Below are positions 60,552 through 64,000 of a stretch of 64,000 nucleotides of DNA, piece by piece. Each line of letters starts with the position of its first letter. The stretch's first letter is position 1. Made by a program: the position numbers and the translations under genes. Source of the stretch: Obrimoposthia wandeli (Eukaryota); assembly GCA_977020255.1 (NCBI GenBank), contig CDROCS010006454.1, positions 1 through 64,000 of the forward strand. Reading direction: 5' to 3'. The notes beneath the pieces are model-generated. The model made no database searches and was not told where the DNA came from. It worked only from the letters and a program-made list of their open reading frames with translations.

Positions 60552-61490
60552 TTACAACCCTTCATTTGCCGCTTCAATAACCAGTTGTCTAAACCAAATA
60601 TGGCTAGCATCATGGTGTAAAAGTGGGCTCCAGATCATTTTTAATTCAATATCAGGAATATCGAATGGTGGTTTGAGGATGGTATAGTTAGCATCGTTCT
60701 TATGAATTAATGCTGCTCGTGTTGGTAACGTTGCCACCAATTCATCTTCAAAGGCGAGCTGCATTGCCACATGATAATTACGGGTGAAAACCTTAATATC
60801 TCTTTTTTTGCCAAGTCGAGCTAAGGCTTCATCAACCCAACCTAGTTTTTGAACATCTTGTGGATCCATGCCCACGCCGACGCCAAAGCCAGTTTTAGAT
60901 ACCCAAACGTGTTTGGCGCCTAAGTAGGTATTAAGGTTAAACTTTGAAACTACGGGATTATCTGCGCTTAATAAACATGAGAAAGTATCTCGCCAGATAG
61001 TTTTTTGATGAAAGGACTGAGGTAATTCATCGAAGCGATTAATCGCCATATCAATCTTACCCGCTTCAACGTCATGAAACGTAACATCACTAGGCGTCAT
61101 GATATCTATGGTGACATTAGGCGCTAATTGATTAATACGCTTTAACAGTTTTGGTAGTAACGTTGATGCCGCGTAATCACTAGCCATTAAGCGAAAAACT
61201 CGATGACTATTTTTTTCATTAAAGTCTTCTTCGCCTTGTAGTGCTTCTTCAAGCTCCATCAAAATTTTTCTAATCGCTGGCGCTAAGGCTCTAGATCGTT
61301 CGGTTGGTACCATGCCGTCAGATGTGCGCACTAAAATGGGATCATTAAATAAGGTGCGTAATCGTTTTAAGCCATTACTCATTGCCGGTTGTGTAATATT
61401 TAGTTGCCCGGCCGCGCGAGTAACATTTTTTTCTCTGAGTAATACATCAAGATAAATTAGCAGGTTTAAATCAATTTTCGAGATATTCAT
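60552..61490 (-). CDS. LysR-family transcriptional regulator, divergent from aceA
   Basis: DLNLL...NVTRAAGQLNITQPAMSNGLKRLR..FNDPILVR. Confidence 0.95.
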   Translation of the reverse strand: MNISKIDLNLLIYLDVLLREKNVTRAAGQLNITQPAMSNGLKRLRTLFNDPILVRTSDGMVPTERSRALAPAIRKILMELEEALQGEEDFNEKNSHRVFRLMASDYAASTLLPKLLKRINQLAPNVTIDIMTPSDVTFHDVEAGKIDMAINRFDELPQSFHQKTIWRDTFSCLLSADNPVVSKFNLNTYLGAKHVWVSKTGFGVGVGMDPQDVQKLGWVDEALARLGKKRDIKVFTRNYHVAMQLAFEDELVATLPTRAALIHKNDANYTILKPPFDIPDIELKMIWSPLLHHDASHIWFRQLVIEAANEGL

Positions 61491-61834
61491 AACATTAATA
61501 ATCTAGAACAAAAACATAACTTAGATATATGTCATGGCTTATAACGATAATCAAGTAAATTAGCTGAAATAATTGAATTGATTTATTCACTAATCTTTAT
61601 AAATAGTATTGCTTTAAATTTTTTAGTTGTTGAATTTAAAGTGTTATTTAGTGTTTGTGTTTTAGAGTTTATATACTATTATTAATTGTGTGAATGGTAG
61701 GGATGCATATTATATATTTTATTTATTTAGTGTGGGTGGTTTAGTATTTGTGTTGTCCGGTGTGAAAGCTAACATTAGTAATTACATCATCAAAATTTTA
61801 AACACTGTCAGTTAATACGTTTGGAGAAAGCGCT

Positions 61835-63418
61835 ATGTCTAATTATCAAAATGCAATAGAAGCCGTTAAAGCAATTAAAGAAAAGGCTGGCAGTTCATGG
61901 AATGCCATTAATCCTGAATCAGTAGCCCGTATGCGAGCACAGAATCGATTCAAAACGGGTTTAGAGATTGCTCAATATACCGCTGACATTATGCGTCGCG
62001 ATATGGATGCTTATGATGCTGATAACACTAAATATACCCAGTCTTTAGGTTGTTGGCATGGCTTTGTTGGCCAACAAAAAATGATTTCTGTTAAGAAACA
62101 TTTTGCTGGTCAAACTGATCGTCGATACTTGTATCTTTCAGGTTGGATGGTTGCTGCACTTCGTTCAGAATTGGGCCCGCTTCCTGATCAATCTATGCAT
62201 GAGAAAACGTCAGTAGCTGCTTTAGTAAAAGAGCTTTATACCTTTTTACGTCAAGCCGATGCACGTGAATTAGGTGGTCTTTTCCGTGAGTTAGATGCAG
62301 CAAGCGGCGCAGAAAAAGCAGCTATTCAAGACAAAATTGATAATCATGTTACTCATGTTGTTCCTATTATTGCCGATATCGATGCTGGTTTTGGTAACGC
62401 AGAAGCCACTTATTTAATGGCTAAGCAAATGATTGAAGCAGGTGCTTGTGCACTACAAATTGAAAACCAAGTTGCTGATGAAAAACAATGTGGTCATCAA
62501 GACGGCAAGGTAACTGTGCCTCATGCTGATTTCCATTCAAAAATTCGTGCTTTACGTCATGCTTTCTTAGAGCTAGGTATTGATAACGGTATTATTGTTT
62601 CACGTACTGACTCAGAAGGTGCGGGTCTTACGAAAGAAATTGCCGTTGTGAAAGAGCCTGGTGATCAAGGTGACATATATAACTCTTTCCTAGACGTTGA
62701 AGAAATTGACGTAGCTGACATGGCAGAAGGCGATGTATGCTTTAACCGCGATGGTAAACTTGTTCGTCCTAAGCGCTTACCTTCTGGTTTATACCAATTC
62801 CGTGCTGGTACAGGTGAAGAACGCTGTGTATTTGATAGTATCGAAGCGATTAAAGCCGGTGCTGATTTACTTTGGATCGAAACAGCAACACCAAATGTTG
62901 CTGACATCACAGCGATGATGAACGAAGTACGTAAAGAAATTCCAAATGCTAAGCTAGTTTACAATAACAGCCCTTCATTTAACTGGACGCTTAACTTCCG
63001 TCAACAGCAGTTTGATACTATGGAAGCCGCCGGTGAAGATGTATCTAGTTATGTTCGTGCTGACTTAATGAATGTTGAATATGATGAATCTGAGTTATCT
63101 AAACGAGCAGATGATAAGATTCGCAGTTTCCAAGCAGATACGTCACGTGAAGCGGGTATTTTCCATCACTTGATCACACTGCCTACTTATCACACAACAG
63201 CATTATCTGTTGATAATCTAGCGAAAGAGTACTTCGGTGATGCGGCAATGCTAGGTTATGTAGAAGGCGTGCAACGTAAAGAAATTCGTCAAGGTATCGC
63301 CTGTGTTAAACATCAAAACATGTCAGGCTCTGATATGGGTGATGATCACAAAGAATATTTTGCTGGTGAGAACGCACTAAAGGCTGGCGGTGAGAAAAAC
63401 ACGTCTAACCAGTTTTAA
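61835..63418 (+). CDS. aceA: Isocitrate lyase, long Pseudomonas/Colwellia type
   Basis: YLSGWMVAA, IIADIDAGFG, QIENQVADEKQCGHQDGK, RTD, WIET, YNNSPSFNW, ITLPTYH. Confidence 0.97.
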   Translation: MSNYQNAIEAVKAIKEKAGSSWNAINPESVARMRAQNRFKTGLEIAQYTADIMRRDMDAYDADNTKYTQSLGCWHGFVGQQKMISVKKHFAGQTDRRYLYLSGWMVAALRSELGPLPDQSMHEKTSVAALVKELYTFLRQADARELGGLFRELDAASGAEKAAIQDKIDNHVTHVVPIIADIDAGFGNAEATYLMAKQMIEAGACALQIENQVADEKQCGHQDGKVTVPHADFHSKIRALRHAFLELGIDNGIIVSRTDSEGAGLTKEIAVVKEPGDQGDIYNSFLDVEEIDVADMAEGDVCFNRDGKLVRPKRLPSGLYQFRAGTGEERCVFDSIEAIKAGADLLWIETATPNVADITAMMNEVRKEIPNAKLVYNNSPSFNWTLNFRQQQFDTMEAAGEDVSSYVRADLMNVEYDESELSKRADDKIRSFQADTSREAGIFHHLITLPTYHTTALSVDNLAKEYFGDAAMLGYVEGVQRKEIRQGIACVKHQNMSGSDMGDDHKEYFAGENALKAGGEKNTSNQF

Positions 63419-63482
63419 TCATCAGTTTAAATAAATGCTAGACAGTAAGTGAATAACTTACGATAAAGAACCCAACCAATGT

Positions 63483-63515
63483 AAAGGCTCTACTTTTAAA
63501 CGTAGAGCCTTTTTT
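63483..63515 (+). terminator. Terminator after aceA
   Basis: AAAGGCTCTAC-TTTTAAAC-GTAGAGCCTTTTTT. Confidence 0.85.
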
Positions 63516-63544
63516 GTTGCCAATAGTAAGATAACTAAGACTGT

Positions 63545-63775
63545 TATACCCAAACCACTTGAAGATGGAGTTTCAGAGCTAAGTTAGGAAATCAGGTCAA
63601 GGCGATAAAGGGTCATCTCCATCGTTATTGATTTCGACAATGGAACAACCATTCTCGGCTCTGGCATCCTGCTTCGCTCTACCTTCACCATCCATGGTTT
63701 CGTCTTCAATCAATACCTTGGTGTTAACCCTTTCTCGACTTGCACAATTCTGCATCTTCAAGTGGCTTGGGTATA
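63545..63775. mobile_element. ERIC-like MITE copy D (231 bp), lacking the 273-bp internal module
   Basis: TATACCCAAACCACTTGAAGATG ... TGCATCTTCAAGTGGCTTGGGTATA; aligns to copy A apart from the segment between the two CAAGGCG repeats. Confidence 0.92.
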
Positions 63776-63782
63776 TAACGCT

Positions 63783-64000
63783 TTAACTTGCGCTAATTCT
63801 CTCAAGCGCTTTTAATTTCCTGCTGTGTAATAGCATTAATATTACATACAATAAAAGACAGATGTTGATGGTGATGATGGCGGGAATTAAAGTTAATTTA
63901 CCGTAAATAAAGCTATAGCCTATGATGGTTGCGAGTAATGTAGCAGAGGTCACTATAAGTAAAGTATGACGTATTCTAGCGACATTTTTTATTAAGCAAG
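63783..64000 (-). CDS. C-terminal part of a membrane protein (runs off window end)
   Basis: Open frame ...KNVARIRHTLLIVTSATLLATIIGYSFIYGKLTLIPAIITINICLLLYVILMLLHSRKLKALERISAS* with 2 TM segments. Confidence 0.65.
   Translation of the reverse strand, partial: CLIKNVARIRHTLLIVTSATLLATIIGYSFIYGKLTLIPAIITINICLLLYVILMLLHSRKLKALERISAS

Noticed and set aside
1684-63000. The many 60-170 aa ORFs antisense to or overlapping known genes (e.g. 39453-39956, 19403-19750, 12550-12876)
   Set aside because: Shadow frames of strongly supported genes, without RBS or recognisable motifs
1-64000. tRNA, rRNA, transposase, integrase, prophage or defence genes
   Set aside because: None recognised by eye; tRNAscan/Infernal/HMM searches would be needed to exclude them formally

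Overview
A mostly core-genome 64 kb segment of an AT-rich marine gammaproteobacterium, most likely Colwelliaceae (inferred from pomAB, a 527-aa long-type isocitrate lyase, malate synthase G and split class II RNR). Gene order: dxs(partial)-ispA-xseB, pomAB, thiI, panE, vanZ-like, yajQ, NSS transporter, RluA-family synthase, NhaC-family transporter, gshA, SLT lipoprotein, corB-ypjD, metal permease, ffh, DMT permease, rpsP-rimM-trmD-rplS, acs, aroF-tyrA, thioredoxin-like, nrdJb-nrdJa, PAS-MCP, beta-barrel, AsmA-like, RND pump, two hypotheticals, pheA with a Phe leader, MAPEG, penicillin acylase, MocA-like plus iorAB-type oxidoreductase, DUF2058, glutaredoxin-like, msrPQ, ppiC, an orphan, and a glyoxylate cluster (glcB, lrgB-cidA-lysR, aceA). 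No CRISPR array, rRNA, tRNA, transposase or prophage was seen. The novelty is non-coding. (1) Four copies of an ERIC-like MITE (TATACCCAA...TTGGGTATA; 504, 527, 56 and 231 bp) whose long forms carry about a dozen GGA motifs on one strand, many in loops matching high-affinity CsrA/RsmA sites and amplified by a 49-bp tandem unit: a candidate mobile CsrA-sponge system. (2) A predicted sigma-E-dependent ~90-nt sRNA antisense-oriented next to gshA, the position MicA occupies in enterobacteria. (3) A DnaA-box plus GATC cluster with DARS-like geometry in a 1.1 kb gene-free gap. All coordinates and counts were read by hand; family assignments come from motif recognition, not database searches.
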